Below are positions 1 to 10,377 of a stretch of DNA of 60,396 bases, in pieces. Origin of the DNA: Steroidobacteraceae bacterium (GTDB taxonomy: Bacteria > Pseudomonadota > Gammaproteobacteria > Steroidobacterales > Steroidobacteraceae). The notes beneath the pieces are model-generated. The model was given only the letters and a program-made list of their open reading frames with translations. It was not told the DNA's origin and ran no database searches. Location: positions 1 to 60,396 of the forward strand of contig DASSJN010000039.1 in the NCBI GenBank assembly GCA_035691185.1. The letters run 5' to 3'. Numbering within the stretch: the first letter of the stretch is position 1; each line of letters starts with the position of its first letter. The position numbers were made by a program, and so were the translations under genes.

Positions 1-363
1 CTGCTCGACGTGCCATGCTCGGCCACGGGCGTGATCCGGCGCCACCCGGACATCAAGATCCTGAGGCGCGCCAAGGACATACCGGCCCTCGCCCGGCGCC
101 AGGCGCTCCTGCTCGAGGCGGCGTGGAGCGTGCTCCGGCCGGGCGGTTGCCTGCTCTACACGAGCTGTTCGGTGCTCGCTGCCGAGAACGAGCGGGTGAT
201 CGACGCGTTCCTGCGCCGCACCGAGGCGGCCCGGGACGTGACCCCCGGACTAACGACTGAATGGCCGAGGCGGGCCCCCGAGCAGGGGCCGGGGTACCAA
301 GTCCTGCCGGGCGAAGCCGGCATGGACGGCTTCTATTATGCTTGCCTGAACAAGTCGTTATGA
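1..363 (+). CDS. rsmB: 16S rRNA (cytosine967-C5)-methyltransferase RsmB/Sun, C-terminal fragment (5' end outside window)
   Basis: Frame-1 reading frame is open from nt 1. [19 protein letters not shown]...[10 protein letters not shown]...[10 protein letters not shown] matches the catalytic Cys-containing SAM-methyltransferase core and C-terminus of RsmB. The track ORF 10..363 is the same frame. Confidence 0.8.
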   Translation: MLDVPCSATGVIRRHPDIKILRRAKDIPALARRQALLLEAAWSVLRPGGCLLYTSCSVLAAENERVIDAFLRRTEAARDVTPGLTTEWPRRAPEQGPGYQVLPGEAGMDGFYYACLNKSL

Positions 364-978
364 TTGTTGGCAATGCGCTACAGCCGGTTCGTCGTCGCAT
401 CCAAACCGTCGTTTTTGGCGCGCTGGGCCGTGCGCGTGCTGCTGTGCGTAATTGCAACGGCTGGCGCCCCGGCTGCGAGCGCGGCGGAGGCCCGGCTGGG
501 GCTGCGTGACGTCGCCGTCCGGCTGGACGACGGCGTCTACGAACTCGACGCGCGACTCGACCTCGATCTGCCTGCCGCCGGGCGCAGGGCCGTCGAATCC
601 GGACTCACCCTGCGACTGAACTACGAGATCGTGATCGACCGCGAGCGACGCTACATGCTCGACGCGGAGGTGGCGTCGCTCGAGCAGCGCTACGAGGTCA
701 ACTACCACGCGCTCAGCCAGCGCTGGCTCGTGCGCAATCTCAACACGGGCGAGCAGTCCGACTTCGGCTCGCTCGAAACGGCGCTCGCGCGCATCTCGGA
801 ACTGCGCGGCCTGCCGATCCTCGACGCCGCACTCCTGCCCCCCGGACCGGTCTACCGGGGGCGCATCCGCGCCGTGCTCGACCTCAGCACGGCGCCCGAC
901 GCCTTCGGGTGGCTGCTGTTCTGGGCCGACGACTGGAGCGCCGAGAGCGACTGGAAGACATGGACGCTCCGACCCTGA
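364..978 (+). CDS. DUF4390-like secreted protein
   Basis: 204-aa ORF with an N-terminal hydrophobic signal-like segment (ATG at 373 is an alternative start). It sits between rsmB and an NtrY-like kinase, which is the usual position of DUF4390 genes. The family assignment is from memory and synteny only. Confidence 0.55.
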   Translation: MLAMRYSRFVVASKPSFLARWAVRVLLCVIATAGAPAASAAEARLGLRDVAVRLDDGVYELDARLDLDLPAAGRRAVESGLTLRLNYEIVIDRERRYMLDAEVASLEQRYEVNYHALSQRWLVRNLNTGEQSDFGSLETALARISELRGLPILDAALLPPGPVYRGRIRAVLDLSTAPDAFGWLLFWADDWSAESDWKTWTLRP

Positions 979-3200
979 AGCGTGCCGCGTCCGCGGTGAC
1001 GATGGGCATCGGCGGCCTCCTGTGGCTCGCCGCGATCCTGTTCATGGCGCAGACGGCGCAGAACTCCGAGCAGTTCAGCCGCCTGCATCCGTGGATCCTG
1101 ATGATCAACATCGCGGGCCTTGCCGTGCTGGTCGGGCTGCTCGCGACCAAGCTCGCGCAACTGATCCGCGACTGGCGCGGCCACGTGATCGGATCGCGCC
1201 TGAAGGCACGCATGGTCTGGATCTTCGGCGTGCTGGCGACGCTGCCGATCCTGCTCGTCTATTTCTTCGCCGTGCAGTTCCTCAGCAAGGGCATCGACAG
1301 CTGGTTCAACGTCGAGATCCGGCGCAGCCTCGACGACGCACTGGTGCTGTCGCGTTCGGCGCTCGAAGTGCGCATGCGCGAGCACCTCGCGGACTCCGCG
1401 CTGGTCGCGGACGAACTGGCGCTCATGCGCGGCACGACCATGCCGGGACTGCTCGAGTCGCTGCGGCGGCAGGTGGGGGCGCTCGAACTGATCGTGGCGA
1501 CCGACACCGGTTCGATCATCGCCGTCAGCAAGGGCCTCTCGGACGACTTCGTCCCCGAGGCGGTGCCGGACGAAGTGTTGCTGCAGGTGCGGCAGGGCCA
1601 GCCGTTCGTGAGCCTTGAGCCGCAGCAGGAGGGCGGCTACCTGATCCGCACGGCCGTGCGGGTCGGCGTGAGCCTGCCCGGCGAGGAGCGGCTCATCGTC
1701 CAGGGGATCTTTCCGGTGGCCGAGAGGCTCGGCGCCCTCGCGGACACGGTGCAGGCCGCATACAAGCAGTTCGGCGAAAAGGATTACCTGCGCCAGCCGC
1801 TGAAGGCGAGCTTCATCCTGACCCTGACCGTCGTGCTGCTGCTCTCGCTGCTCGCCGCCTGGTACGGCGCGATCTTCACGGCCCAGCGGCTCGTGCAGCC
1901 GATCCAGGACCTGGTGCAGGGCACGCGCGCCGTCGCGCAGGGCGACCTCGACACGAAGCTGCCGCTCACCTCGCACGACGAGATGGGCTTCCTGGTCCAC
2001 TCGTTCAACGACATGATCAAGCGGCTGCGACGGGCGCGCGAGGAGTCGCGGCGTGCGCAGCAGGCGGCCGAGACCGAGCGCGCGAACCTCGCCGTGATCC
2101 TGGCGCGCCTGTCGACCGGCGTGATCTCGCTCGAGCGCGACTGGCGCGTCCGCACCGCGAACCGCGCCGCGAGCATGATTCTCGGCGAGGACATCGAGTC
2201 GCGCGTCGGCACGGAGTTCGACACGATCGGCGCGGATCCCGGCGGGCTTGCGCGCCAGTTCGCCGAGTCGTGCCGGCAACGGTTCTCGGCCGGCGCCACC
2301 GAGTGGCGCGAACAGTTCGCGTTCATGGCGGGCATGAGTCGACGCATATTGATGTGCGCGTGCACGCCGCTGCCGGGCGAAGGCGATGCCCCCGGCGGGT
2401 ACGTGCTGGTGTTCGACGACATCACCGTGATGCTGCAGGCGCAACGCGAGGCCGCCTGGGGCGAGGTGGCGCGACGTCTCGCGCACGAGATCAAGAATCC
2501 GCTCACCCCGATCCGGCTCTCCGCGGAGCGGCTGCGGCACAAACTGCTGCCGGCCATGGCCGACCCGAAGGACGTGCAGATGCTCGAGCGCGCCACCGAG
2601 ACGATCGTGCAGCAGGTCGAGGCGATGAAGGAGATGGTCAATGCCTTCAGCGAGTACGCGCGTGCGCCGCGACTCGAAATGTCGGCGGTCGACCTGAACC
2701 GGATGGTGACGGAGGTCAGCGACCTCTATCGAGCACAGGGCGCCATGCGTGGCGTCAAGCTCCGGGTGCATCTCGACCCGGCGATCGACTCGGTCGTGGC
2801 GGATCCGGGGCGCCTGCGACAGCTGCTCAACAACCTGCTGACGAATTCCGTCGAGGCGCTCGAGGGACAGGGACAGGGATCGATCTCGGTGACGACCCAG
2901 CGCGCCATGCGCGGCGACACCGAAGTGGTGGAGATCGCCGTCGAGGACGACGGACCCGGCTTCCAGCGCGAGGTCATCGGGCAGGTGTTCGACCCGTACG
3001 TCACGACCAAGGCCAAGGGCACCGGGCTCGGCCTCGCGATCGTGCGCAAGATCGTCGAGGAGCACGGCGGCCACGTCGAGGCCGACAATCGCGCCGGCGG
3101 CGGCGCGCGCGTCTGCATCGACCTGCCGCTGCACGACACCGGGACCGACAGCAATGCCCGCGGCCGCGGGTCATACGAGCCAAGGAGAGAACGCGCATGA
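960..3200 (+). CDS. PAS/HAMP sensor histidine kinase (NtrY-like)
   Basis: N-terminal TM helices and a HAMP-like segment (FNDMIKRL). H-box LAHEIKNPLTPI, N-box LLTNSVEAL, and G-boxes DDGPGF and GTGLGLAIVRKIV. ATG at 960 within track ORF 909..3200; overlaps the upstream stop. Confidence 0.85.
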   Translation: MDAPTLKRAASAVTMGIGGLLWLAAILFMAQTAQNSEQFSRLHPWILMINIAGLAVLVGLLATKLAQLIRDWRGHVIGSRLKARMVWIFGVLATLPILLVYFFAVQFLSKGIDSWFNVEIRRSLDDALVLSRSALEVRMREHLADSALVADELALMRGTTMPGLLESLRRQVGALELIVATDTGSIIAVSKGLSDDFVPEAVPDEVLLQVRQGQPFVSLEPQQEGGYLIRTAVRVGVSLPGEERLIVQGIFPVAERLGALADTVQAAYKQFGEKDYLRQPLKASFILTLTVVLLLSLLAAWYGAIFTAQRLVQPIQDLVQGTRAVAQGDLDTKLPLTSHDEMGFLVHSFNDMIKRLRRAREESRRAQQAAETERANLAVILARLSTGVISLERDWRVRTANRAASMILGEDIESRVGTEFDTIGADPGGLARQFAESCRQRFSAGATEWREQFAFMAGMSRRILMCACTPLPGEGDAPGGYVLVFDDITVMLQAQREAAWGEVARRLAHEIKNPLTPIRLSAERLRHKLLPAMADPKDVQMLERATETIVQQVEAMKEMVNAFSEYARAPRLEMSAVDLNRMVTEVSDLYRAQGAMRGVKLRVHLDPAIDSVVADPGRLRQLLNNLLTNSVEALEGQGQGSISVTTQRAMRGDTEVVEIAVEDDGPGFQREVIGQVFDPYVTTKAKGTGLGLAIVRKIVEEHGGHVEADNRAGGGARVCIDLPLHDTGTDSNARGRGSYEPRRERA

Positions 3201-4567
3201 CAAACGCGCGCATCCTCGTCGTCGACGACGAGAACGACATTCGCGAACTCGTCAGGGACATCCTGTCGGAGGAAGGTTACGTCGTCGAGACTGCCGCCAA
3301 CGCCATCGAGGCGCGTGCCGCGTGCGGGCGCCAGGCGCCCGACCTGGTGCTGCTCGACATCTGGATGCCCGACACGGACGGCATCAGCCTGCTGCGGGAA
3401 TGGCAGCAGTCGCAAGGGCTCACGGCTCCCGTCGTCATGATGTCCGGCCACGGGACGGTCGAGACCGCGGTCGAGGCGACACGGCTGGGCGCCGTCGACT
3501 ATGTCGAGAAGCCGCTGTCGCTCGCAAAGCTGTTGCGTACGGTCCAGCGCGCGCTGGACGAAGGAAAGCGGCGGACTCGCGCGACGCGCACGCTCGTGCC
3601 GCCGTTGATCGCGCCGGTGGGGCGCAGTCGGCTCATGCGCGACCTGCGCGAACAGGTGAAGCAGATCGCGCCGCACGATGCGTCGGTCCTCGTGCTCGGG
3701 GAGCCCGGCACCGGTCGCGAGGCGTTCGCACGCTACATCCACGCCTTGAGCTCCCGCTCGGCGGGGCCGTTCGTCGGTGTCGTCGCGGGCTCGATCACCG
3801 ACGGCAACGCCGAGGAAGTGCTGCTCGGCAACACCGAGTCGGCCGCGTCCGGCGGCGCCAGCACGCCGGGTGTGCTCGAGCAGGCGCAGGGCGGCGTGCT
3901 GTTCATCAACGGACTCGAGGACCTGTTGCCCGGCGCGCAGCGCCTGCTGCTCGCGGCGCTCGAGACGGGCACGTTCATGCGCAAAGGCGGGCTCGTCCCG
4001 ATAGCGTTCGACGTGCGCATCCTGTCGTCGGCGCAACCCGGGTTCGAGACGCGCGGCACCGTGCCGTTTCGCCTGGACCTGCTCTCGAACCTCAACGTGC
4101 TGACGTTGCGCATCCCGCCGCTGCGCGAGTACGCGGAGGACGTCCCGGAACTGCTGCGCTACTACGTCGACCGGCTGGTCGACGACGAGCACCTGCCGTT
4201 CCGGCGCTTCGGCGTCGCTGCGCAGAACCGCCTGCGCAACTACCCCTGGCCCGGCAACATCCGCGAGCTGAAGAACCTCGTGCACCGGCTCCTGATCCAG
4301 GGCGGCCCCGAGGAGATCCGGCTCGAGGAAATCGAGCAGCAGATTGCGTCGCAGGCACCCGTCGACGAGCCGCTCGTGAAGCAGGATCTGCTGGCCCTGC
4401 CGCTGCGCGAGGCCCGCGAGCATTTCGAGCGCGCCTACCTGACGCAGCAGCTGCAGCTGTGCAACGGCAAGGTCGGCCAGCTCGCCAAGCGCGTCGGCAT
4501 GGAACGTACGCACCTGTACCGGAAGCTCCGCAGCCTCGGGGTGGACTTTCGTCAGTCCGAGGACTGA
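3197..4567 (+). CDS. Response regulator with degenerate sigma54-type AAA+ domain and Fis-type HTH (NtrX-like)
   Basis: Receiver domain ILVVDDENDIREL...LVLLDIWMPDTDG. Central AAA+-like domain ending in PWPGNIRELKN. C-terminal HTH VGQLAKRVGMERTHLYRKLR. The ATG overlaps the kinase stop (ATGA). Confidence 0.85.
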   Translation: MTNARILVVDDENDIRELVRDILSEEGYVVETAANAIEARAACGRQAPDLVLLDIWMPDTDGISLLREWQQSQGLTAPVVMMSGHGTVETAVEATRLGAVDYVEKPLSLAKLLRTVQRALDEGKRRTRATRTLVPPLIAPVGRSRLMRDLREQVKQIAPHDASVLVLGEPGTGREAFARYIHALSSRSAGPFVGVVAGSITDGNAEEVLLGNTESAASGGASTPGVLEQAQGGVLFINGLEDLLPGAQRLLLAALETGTFMRKGGLVPIAFDVRILSSAQPGFETRGTVPFRLDLLSNLNVLTLRIPPLREYAEDVPELLRYYVDRLVDDEHLPFRRFGVAAQNRLRNYPWPGNIRELKNLVHRLLIQGGPEEIRLEEIEQQIASQAPVDEPLVKQDLLALPLREAREHFERAYLTQQLQLCNGKVGQLAKRVGMERTHLYRKLRSLGVDFRQSED

Positions 4568-4571
4568 CGGA

Positions 4572-4672
4572 GTGTCTAGTGCCTAGTGTCCAGTGTCTGG
4601 TCGGAAGCGGCTTCGCCGTGCGCCGACAGCGTCGGCCTCCGACTAACCGCTGGACACTGAACACCGGACACT
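4572..4672. repeat. Heptamer-armed palindromic intergenic element, copy 1
   Basis: Left arm GTGTCTAGTGCCTAGTGTCCAGTGTCTGGTCGGAAG, a GC-rich core, and right arm CTCCGACTAACCGCTGGACACTGAACACCGGACAC, which is an imperfect reverse complement. It fills the gap between two convergent genes. Confidence 0.85.
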
Positions 4673-4681
4673 TCCCGGGCG

Positions 4682-5287
4682 CTATCGCGCCGGAAAATCC
4701 TTCATCGCCGCGCTCACCGCGGCCGCGATCGCCGCGGGTTCCGTGCTGCCCCCGGTGATCTTTTTCGAGACGCGCCCCTGCCAGACTTCGGCGTTGCGCG
4801 CCGAGTCGATCGCGTGCACGACGAGCGTGCCTTCCTTGTAGTTGCGGATGCTCGGGCTGCCGACGTTGACCGAGCCGCCGACGTTGCCGCCCCAGGAGCC
4901 CACGCCGATCCCGACGCGCACGGGGTTGTTCTCGATCTTGTCGGCGCTCGCGGTCTCGTACGCGATGCGCAGGTCGGGCGTGTCGCCGGCGGGGGCCTCG
5001 GCGTAGCCGCGCTTGCGGAGCTCCGTCGCGATCGCCGCGCGGATGTTCGCATCGAGCAGCCTGAGCGGCGCGTCGCTCGTCTCGACGGTGCCGCCCGCGC
5101 TCCAGCCGAACGTGCGGTACGCCGCGAAGTTCGCCTGCGGGTCCCGCATCGACTCCGGTTGCGGCGCCGGGGACGTCGCGCAGCCGGAGCAGACCGACGC
5201 GGCGACGAAGACCAGGAGCCAGGCGGTCACGCCAGGACGCTTGCGCATCCGGAGCGGTTGGGTCGCGCGAGGATTCGATTCGTGCAT
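4682..5287 (-). CDS. DUF4136-like lipoprotein
   Basis: Lipobox VCSGC after a signal peptide; GGAGG lies 7 nt upstream of the ATG at 5287. The overall sequence style (YRTFGW..., RIAYE...) resembles DUF4136 lipoproteins. Confidence 0.6.
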   Translation of the reverse strand: MHESNPRATQPLRMRKRPGVTAWLLVFVAASVCSGCATSPAPQPESMRDPQANFAAYRTFGWSAGGTVETSDAPLRLLDANIRAAIATELRKRGYAEAPAGDTPDLRIAYETASADKIENNPVRVGIGVGSWGGNVGGSVNVGSPSIRNYKEGTLVVHAIDSARNAEVWQGRVSKKITGGSTEPAAIAAAVSAAMKDFPAR

Positions 5288-5345
5288 GGTTCGCCTCCGA
5301 GTCGCGCGAGAACCGCCGCCTGCGTTGCGCCGGCGGCGGCGGCGG

Positions 5346-5855
5346 CTATTTCGCCTGCGCGACCATGTATTCGACCGCGTTGATCACCGATTGATCCGTC
5401 AGGTCGATGCGTCCGCCCTTCGGCGGCATGAACCCGGCCTTGCCCTGGAAGCCTTCGATCGCATGTTTGTTCAGCGTGTCGGCGCCCTGTGCGAGACGCG
5501 GGGCCCACGCGGCCTTGTCGCCCGTCTTGGGCGCACCGGCCACGCCCGCGCCGTGACACACTGTGCAGACCTGCTGGTAGACCTGCTCGCCCGGCATGTC
5601 CACGGCGGCGGCAGTCACAGCCGCGGCGGGCGGCGCGAGCGCTGCGTTGTCCTGACCGGCCACGGCGACGCGCGCCACGGGCTTGATGCGCTCGGCCGTC
5701 TCCTGCCTCCGCAGCGGGTCTTCTTCGTGAACCCGTTTCGCCGTGCGGTCGGAGAGGATGCCCGACAGCACCATCAGGCCGATGGTCACCGCGGCGAGGA
5801 TGCCGAGGACCAGCATGAAAGTGTCGAAAAACTTGCGGTCGTGCGACGCACTCAC
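5346..5855 (-). CDS. Membrane-anchored cytochrome c5 family protein
   Basis: N-terminal TM anchor and a single heme motif CTVCHG followed by FMPPKGG (Met ligand). GTG start with GGAGG 8 nt upstream. Confidence 0.8.
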   Translation of the reverse strand: MSASHDRKFFDTFMLVLGILAAVTIGLMVLSGILSDRTAKRVHEEDPLRRQETAERIKPVARVAVAGQDNAALAPPAAAVTAAAVDMPGEQVYQQVCTVCHGAGVAGAPKTGDKAAWAPRLAQGADTLNKHAIEGFQGKAGFMPPKGGRIDLTDQSVINAVEYMVAQAK

Positions 5856-5982
5856 GTGACGGCCTCCGGCGACGTGTCGGTGGGACGGGGCCGCGCAGTA
5901 TACCCGCTGGTCGCGCCGGGCGCGCCCGGGTCCGAGGCGCTGGCGACGGTCGCGAAATGGACGGCCACCGGGCCCGGGGCTA

Positions 5983-6775
<793 letters not shown>

Positions 6776-6803
6776 CCATGAATCTCCGGAGAAGTGCCTG
6801 GCG

Positions 6804-6893
6804 GACAGTGTCTAGCGGTAGTCGGAGCGCACACATGCAGTGCGGCGCGAACGCGCCTCCGACTGAACACTAGACACTAAACACTGGACACTG
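6804..6893. repeat. Heptamer-armed palindromic intergenic element, copy 2 (short left arm, opposite orientation)
   Basis: CAGTGTCTAGCGGTAGTCGGAG ... CCTCCGACTGAACACTAGACACTAAACACTGGACACTG. The right arm supplies the last codons and the stop of the NYN gene. Confidence 0.8.
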
Positions 6894-7821
6894 CCTTCAC
6901 GACGTACCCGCCCGACTTCTCGTCCTTTTCCAGTTCGATCAGCCGGCGGGCCTTCGCTTCCTCGAGCAGCTGGTTGAAGCTGCGGAAGCCGTGGTAGCTC
7001 TCGTTGAAGCCCGGGCGCTGGCGCTTGAGCGTCTGCTTGATCATCGAACCCCAGATCTTGTCGCCCTCGTCGCGCTCGTCGCCGAGCGCCTCGATCGTCG
7101 CGAGCACGAGGTCGAACGCCTCCTGTTTCTTCTCGTCGTCGGTCTTCTTGCGCGTCGAGTGCCGGCGGCCCTGCGACGTCTCGGCGACCTCGGAGGGCGA
7201 CGACAGGGGAGGCGCCGGCGTCTCGGCGCCGGCGGTGACCGGAGGCAGTTCCACCTCAGCCGCGTGCGCCGTCGCCGGGCGCGCGCTGGTCGTGGCGGCC
7301 TTCGGCGGCGCCGCGACCGGCTTGCGCCGTCCACGTCGCTGTTCTTCCTTGCGCACGAGGTCGTCGTAATAGATGAATTCGTCGCAGTTGGCGATCAGCA
7401 GGTCGGAGGTCGAGCTCTTCACGCCGACGCCGATCACGATCTTGTTGTTCTCCCGCAGCTTGCTCACCAGCGGCGAGAAGTCTGAGTCGCCGCTCACGAT
7501 CACGAACGTGTCGACGTGCGACTTGGTGTAGCAGAGGTCGAGCGCATCGACGACGAGCCTGATGTCGGCCGAGTTCTTGCCGGACATGCGCACGTGCGGG
7601 ATCTCGATCAGCTCGAACGACGCCTCGTGCATCGGCGCCTTGAACTCCTTGTAGCGTTCCCAGTCGCAGTACGCCTTCTTGACGACGATGCTGCCCTTCA
7701 GCAGCAGGCGCTCGAGGACCTTGTCGATGTCGAACTTCGAGTAGCGCGCGTCGCGGACGCCGAGCGCGACGTTCTCGAAGTCGCAGAACACCGCCATGTT
7801 GTTGATTGCGGGCTTGGCCAT
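6877..7821 (-). CDS. NYN (LabA-like) domain protein with C-terminal OST-HTH/LOTUS-like domain
   Basis: MAVFCDFENV...IVSGDSDFSPLVSKLRENNKIVIGVG is a NYN/PIN-like nuclease core. A low-complexity linker follows, then a C-terminal helical domain (WGSMIKQTLKRQRPGFNESYHGFRSFNQLLEEA). Confidence 0.75.
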   Translation of the reverse strand: MAKPAINNMAVFCDFENVALGVRDARYSKFDIDKVLERLLLKGSIVVKKAYCDWERYKEFKAPMHEASFELIEIPHVRMSGKNSADIRLVVDALDLCYTKSHVDTFVIVSGDSDFSPLVSKLRENNKIVIGVGVKSSTSDLLIANCDEFIYYDDLVRKEEQRRGRRKPVAAPPKAATTSARPATAHAAEVELPPVTAGAETPAPPLSSPSEVAETSQGRRHSTRKKTDDEKKQEAFDLVLATIEALGDERDEGDKIWGSMIKQTLKRQRPGFNESYHGFRSFNQLLEEAKARRLIELEKDEKSGGYVVKAVSSV

Positions 7822-7838
7822 GCCGGAATCCTACACCG

Positions 7839-8852
7839 CTACAGCCAGCCCTTGCGCCGGAAGTAGAGGTAGGGAATCACTGCGGAGACGGCCATCGCCA
7901 GCAATGCCATCGGGTAGCCCCAGTGCTTGTCGAGTTCGGGCATGAAGTGGAAGTTCATGCCGTAGATGCTCGCGACGAGCGTCGGCGGCAGGAACATGAC
8001 GGCCGCCACCGAGAAGATCTTGATGATGTTGTTCTGCTCGAGGTTGATGAGCCCCAGCACCGCGTCGAGCAGGAACTGGATCTTGGAGTTCAGGAACGAG
8101 GCGTGGTCGGACAGGGACTGCACGTCGCGCAGCGCCGACTTGAAACGGCCGCGCTGGTCCTGGGACAGCGAGATCACCGGGCTCTGCTGCACGTACATCA
8201 GGATGCGCTGGAAGCTCACGAGGCTCTCGCGCGCCTTCGACACTAGGTCGCCGTCGGCGCCGATCTGCTTGATGTGGGCGTGCAGGTCGGTGCCGCGCGG
8301 CGACTTGCCGCCGCTGCGCTGGAAGATCGACATCGAGACGCCGTCGAGTTCCGTCTGTACCCGCTCGAGCAGGTCGGCGATGCGCTCGACGAAGCCCTCG
8401 AGCAACCCGGCGAGCAGCGTCGGTGCGGACGTGCACGCAGCCGGCGAGCGTTCGACGTATTGCATGAAACGCCGCACGGGCGTGGGGTCCACGTAGCGGT
8501 TCGTGATCATGCGGCCGTTGGCCAGGATGAAAGTGATCGCGCTGCTCTCCGGCCGCTCGGTGTCGAGTTTCGAGCCGACCGTCGCCGTCATGTAGACGGC
8601 GTTACCTTCTTCGTAGAGGCGGTTCGAGGTCTCGATCTCCTTCATCTCGTCGCGCGTCGGCACGTCGACGGTGAGCAGCGCCTCGACGGCACGCTCCTCG
8701 GCCGGTGTCGGCTCGAAGAGGTCTGCCCAGAGGAACTCGTCGGGGAACGGCGCAGGCGGGGCGTGCTCGACCCAGGTGTAGCCGCTGCCGGTCGGGATGA
8801 GGAGTCGAAGCATGCGAACTACCGCCCTGCGAGGTGCGGTGCTTTGTAGCAC
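7839..8852 (-). CDS. corA: Magnesium/cobalt transporter CorA
   Basis: C-terminal YGMNF motif followed by two TM helices and a basic tail. An alternative start at 8813 is possible. Confidence 0.85.
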   Translation of the reverse strand: MLQSTAPRRAVVRMLRLLIPTGSGYTWVEHAPPAPFPDEFLWADLFEPTPAEERAVEALLTVDVPTRDEMKEIETSNRLYEEGNAVYMTATVGSKLDTERPESSAITFILANGRMITNRYVDPTPVRRFMQYVERSPAACTSAPTLLAGLLEGFVERIADLLERVQTELDGVSMSIFQRSGGKSPRGTDLHAHIKQIGADGDLVSKARESLVSFQRILMYVQQSPVISLSQDQRGRFKSALRDVQSLSDHASFLNSKIQFLLDAVLGLINLEQNNIIKIFSVAAVMFLPPTLVASIYGMNFHFMPELDKHWGYPMALLAMAVSAVIPYLYFRRKGWL

Positions 8853-8924
8853 AGACGCGTGGCGCCGCGTCAGTTCGGTTCTTCGGGACGGCTACGGCGG
8901 CACGTGCCGCGCGAATCGGCCCGG

Positions 8925-9572
8925 TCAGCGCGTTTCCTTCGCGACCAGGGCGTTGATCACCTCGAAGAGCTTGTCTTCACCGCCGGCCATGCCGACGTCG
9001 GTCACGTACTTGCCGTTCACGACCACGGTGGGTGTGCCGGTGATCCTGTAGCGACGATTCAGGTCTTCGGCTTTGGCGATCTTGGTGTCGATCGCGAAGC
9101 CCGCGAACGCCTTCTGGAAATCGGCCTTGCCGACTCCGCGCGACGTGAAGAACGACTCGATCGCGGCGGGAGTGTCGAGCCGGTTGCCCTTCATGTTGAT
9201 CTCGCGCCAGATCTCGGGATTCAGGTCCTGCTTGCCGAGCAGCTCCATCGTGTAGAAGACGCGCGCGTGGGTCTTGAGCACGTTGTTCCACGTCGCGGGC
9301 AGCCGCACCAGTTCGGCATTGGCCGGCCGGCCCTTGCGGTTCCACGCTTCGAGCTTCGGCTCGAGCAGGTAGCAATGGCCGCAGGCGTACCAGAACACCT
9401 CGACGACCTCGACCTTGCCCGGGGCCACGCTCGTCGGCTGTGCCGGCTGCAGCAGCTTGTAGTTGACGCCCTGCTTGAGCTCGATGGCGGCGGACGCCGA
9501 CGCTGCGGCGAGCAGCAGCACGCCGGCAATGAGCGCACGTCGGAACCGGGAAACGACCGTTTGCGTATTCAT
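8925..9572 (-). CDS. dsbA: Thiol:disulfide interchange protein DsbA
   Basis: Signal peptide, active site FWYACGHCY, and C-terminal ITGTPTVVVNGKY. The ATG at 9572 lies inside the longer track ORF 8925..10310. Confidence 0.9.
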   Translation of the reverse strand: MNTQTVVSRFRRALIAGVLLLAAASASAAIELKQGVNYKLLQPAQPTSVAPGKVEVVEVFWYACGHCYLLEPKLEAWNRKGRPANAELVRLPATWNNVLKTHARVFYTMELLGKQDLNPEIWREINMKGNRLDTPAAIESFFTSRGVGKADFQKAFAGFAIDTKIAKAEDLNRRYRITGTPTVVVNGKYVTDVGMAGGEDKLFEVINALVAKETR

Positions 9573-9604
9573 GGAGCCTTCTGACTTGCCCTGCCTGGCT
9601 TGGT

Positions 9605-10219
9605 TCAACGCAGGCCCTGCAGATACGATGACACCGCGTCGATCTCCTCTTCGGTCAGCTTGCCGGCCACGGCGCGCATCATCGAGTTCGGGTCGGTCGC
9701 GCGAGCGCCACTCTTGTAGGCGCGCAGCTGGATCGCGGCGTACGTGCCGTGCTGGCCGCCGATGCGCGGGTAGTTCGCACCGGCGATGCCGGCCCCGGAC
9801 GGGCCGTGGCAGCCGGCGCAGGCCGGCACGCCGTTCTCGACGTTGCCGGCGCGGTATACGCGCTCGCCGAGCCTGAGCTTGGACGGCTCGGTCTCGCCGG
9901 TCGGCCGCGGCGTCTGGGTCGAGAAATACACGCTGAGATCCTCCATGTCCTGGTCGGAGAGGATCATCGCCATCGGCATCATGAGCGGGTTGTTGCGCTC
10001 GGCGGCCTTGAAGTGCTTCAACTGCTTGACGACGTAGCCTGCGTGCTGGCCGGCGAGGTGCGGCCATTCCGGGTTCGCGCTGTTGCCGTCTGCGCCGTGA
10101 CAGGCCATGCAGGTCGCGGACTTGGCCTGCCCGGCCTCGAGGTTGCCGGCGGCAGCGGCGGTGCCGCCCCAGGCGAGCGCGGCGACTAGACCCAGGGCAG
10201 CGACGAACTTCGCGGTCAT
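9605..10219 (-). CDS. Dihaem cytochrome c4
   Basis: Two heme motifs, CMACHG and CAGCHG, each with a downstream Met ligand region. Signal peptide present. Lies in the conserved cc4-dsbA arrangement. Confidence 0.85.
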   Translation of the reverse strand: MTAKFVAALGLVAALAWGGTAAAAGNLEAGQAKSATCMACHGADGNSANPEWPHLAGQHAGYVVKQLKHFKAAERNNPLMMPMAMILSDQDMEDLSVYFSTQTPRPTGETEPSKLRLGERVYRAGNVENGVPACAGCHGPSGAGIAGANYPRIGGQHGTYAAIQLRAYKSGARATDPNSMMRAVAGKLTEEEIDAVSSYLQGLR

Positions 10220-10377
10220 GTCTGAAACCACTCCAGGAGAAACCGAAGGGCACCGGCGCGGGCCGGACGCAGAAATGCCCGGGGCGTGTTCTCTGCGGCC
10301 TGCCGGGCAAGCCGCAAATTGTACACTAAGCCCCCGCCGCGCATGGACGGGCGGGCCCGCCCGCCGAGTAAAACCAG

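Noticed and set aside
852-3134. 760-aa ORF antisense to the NtrY-like kinase gene. Similar very long ORFs occur at 2726..4513 (-), 13245..15128 (+), 16895..19261 (-), 21209..24739 (-), 22156..25827 (+), 33786..35603 (+), 34871..37243 (+), 38076..41516 (+), 42397..44205 (+) and 52813..54636 (+).
   Set aside because: Their translations are Arg/Ala/Gly/Pro-rich low-complexity sequence, typical of non-coding frames in high-GC DNA where stop codons are rare. In each case another frame or strand encodes a protein with clear family motifs.
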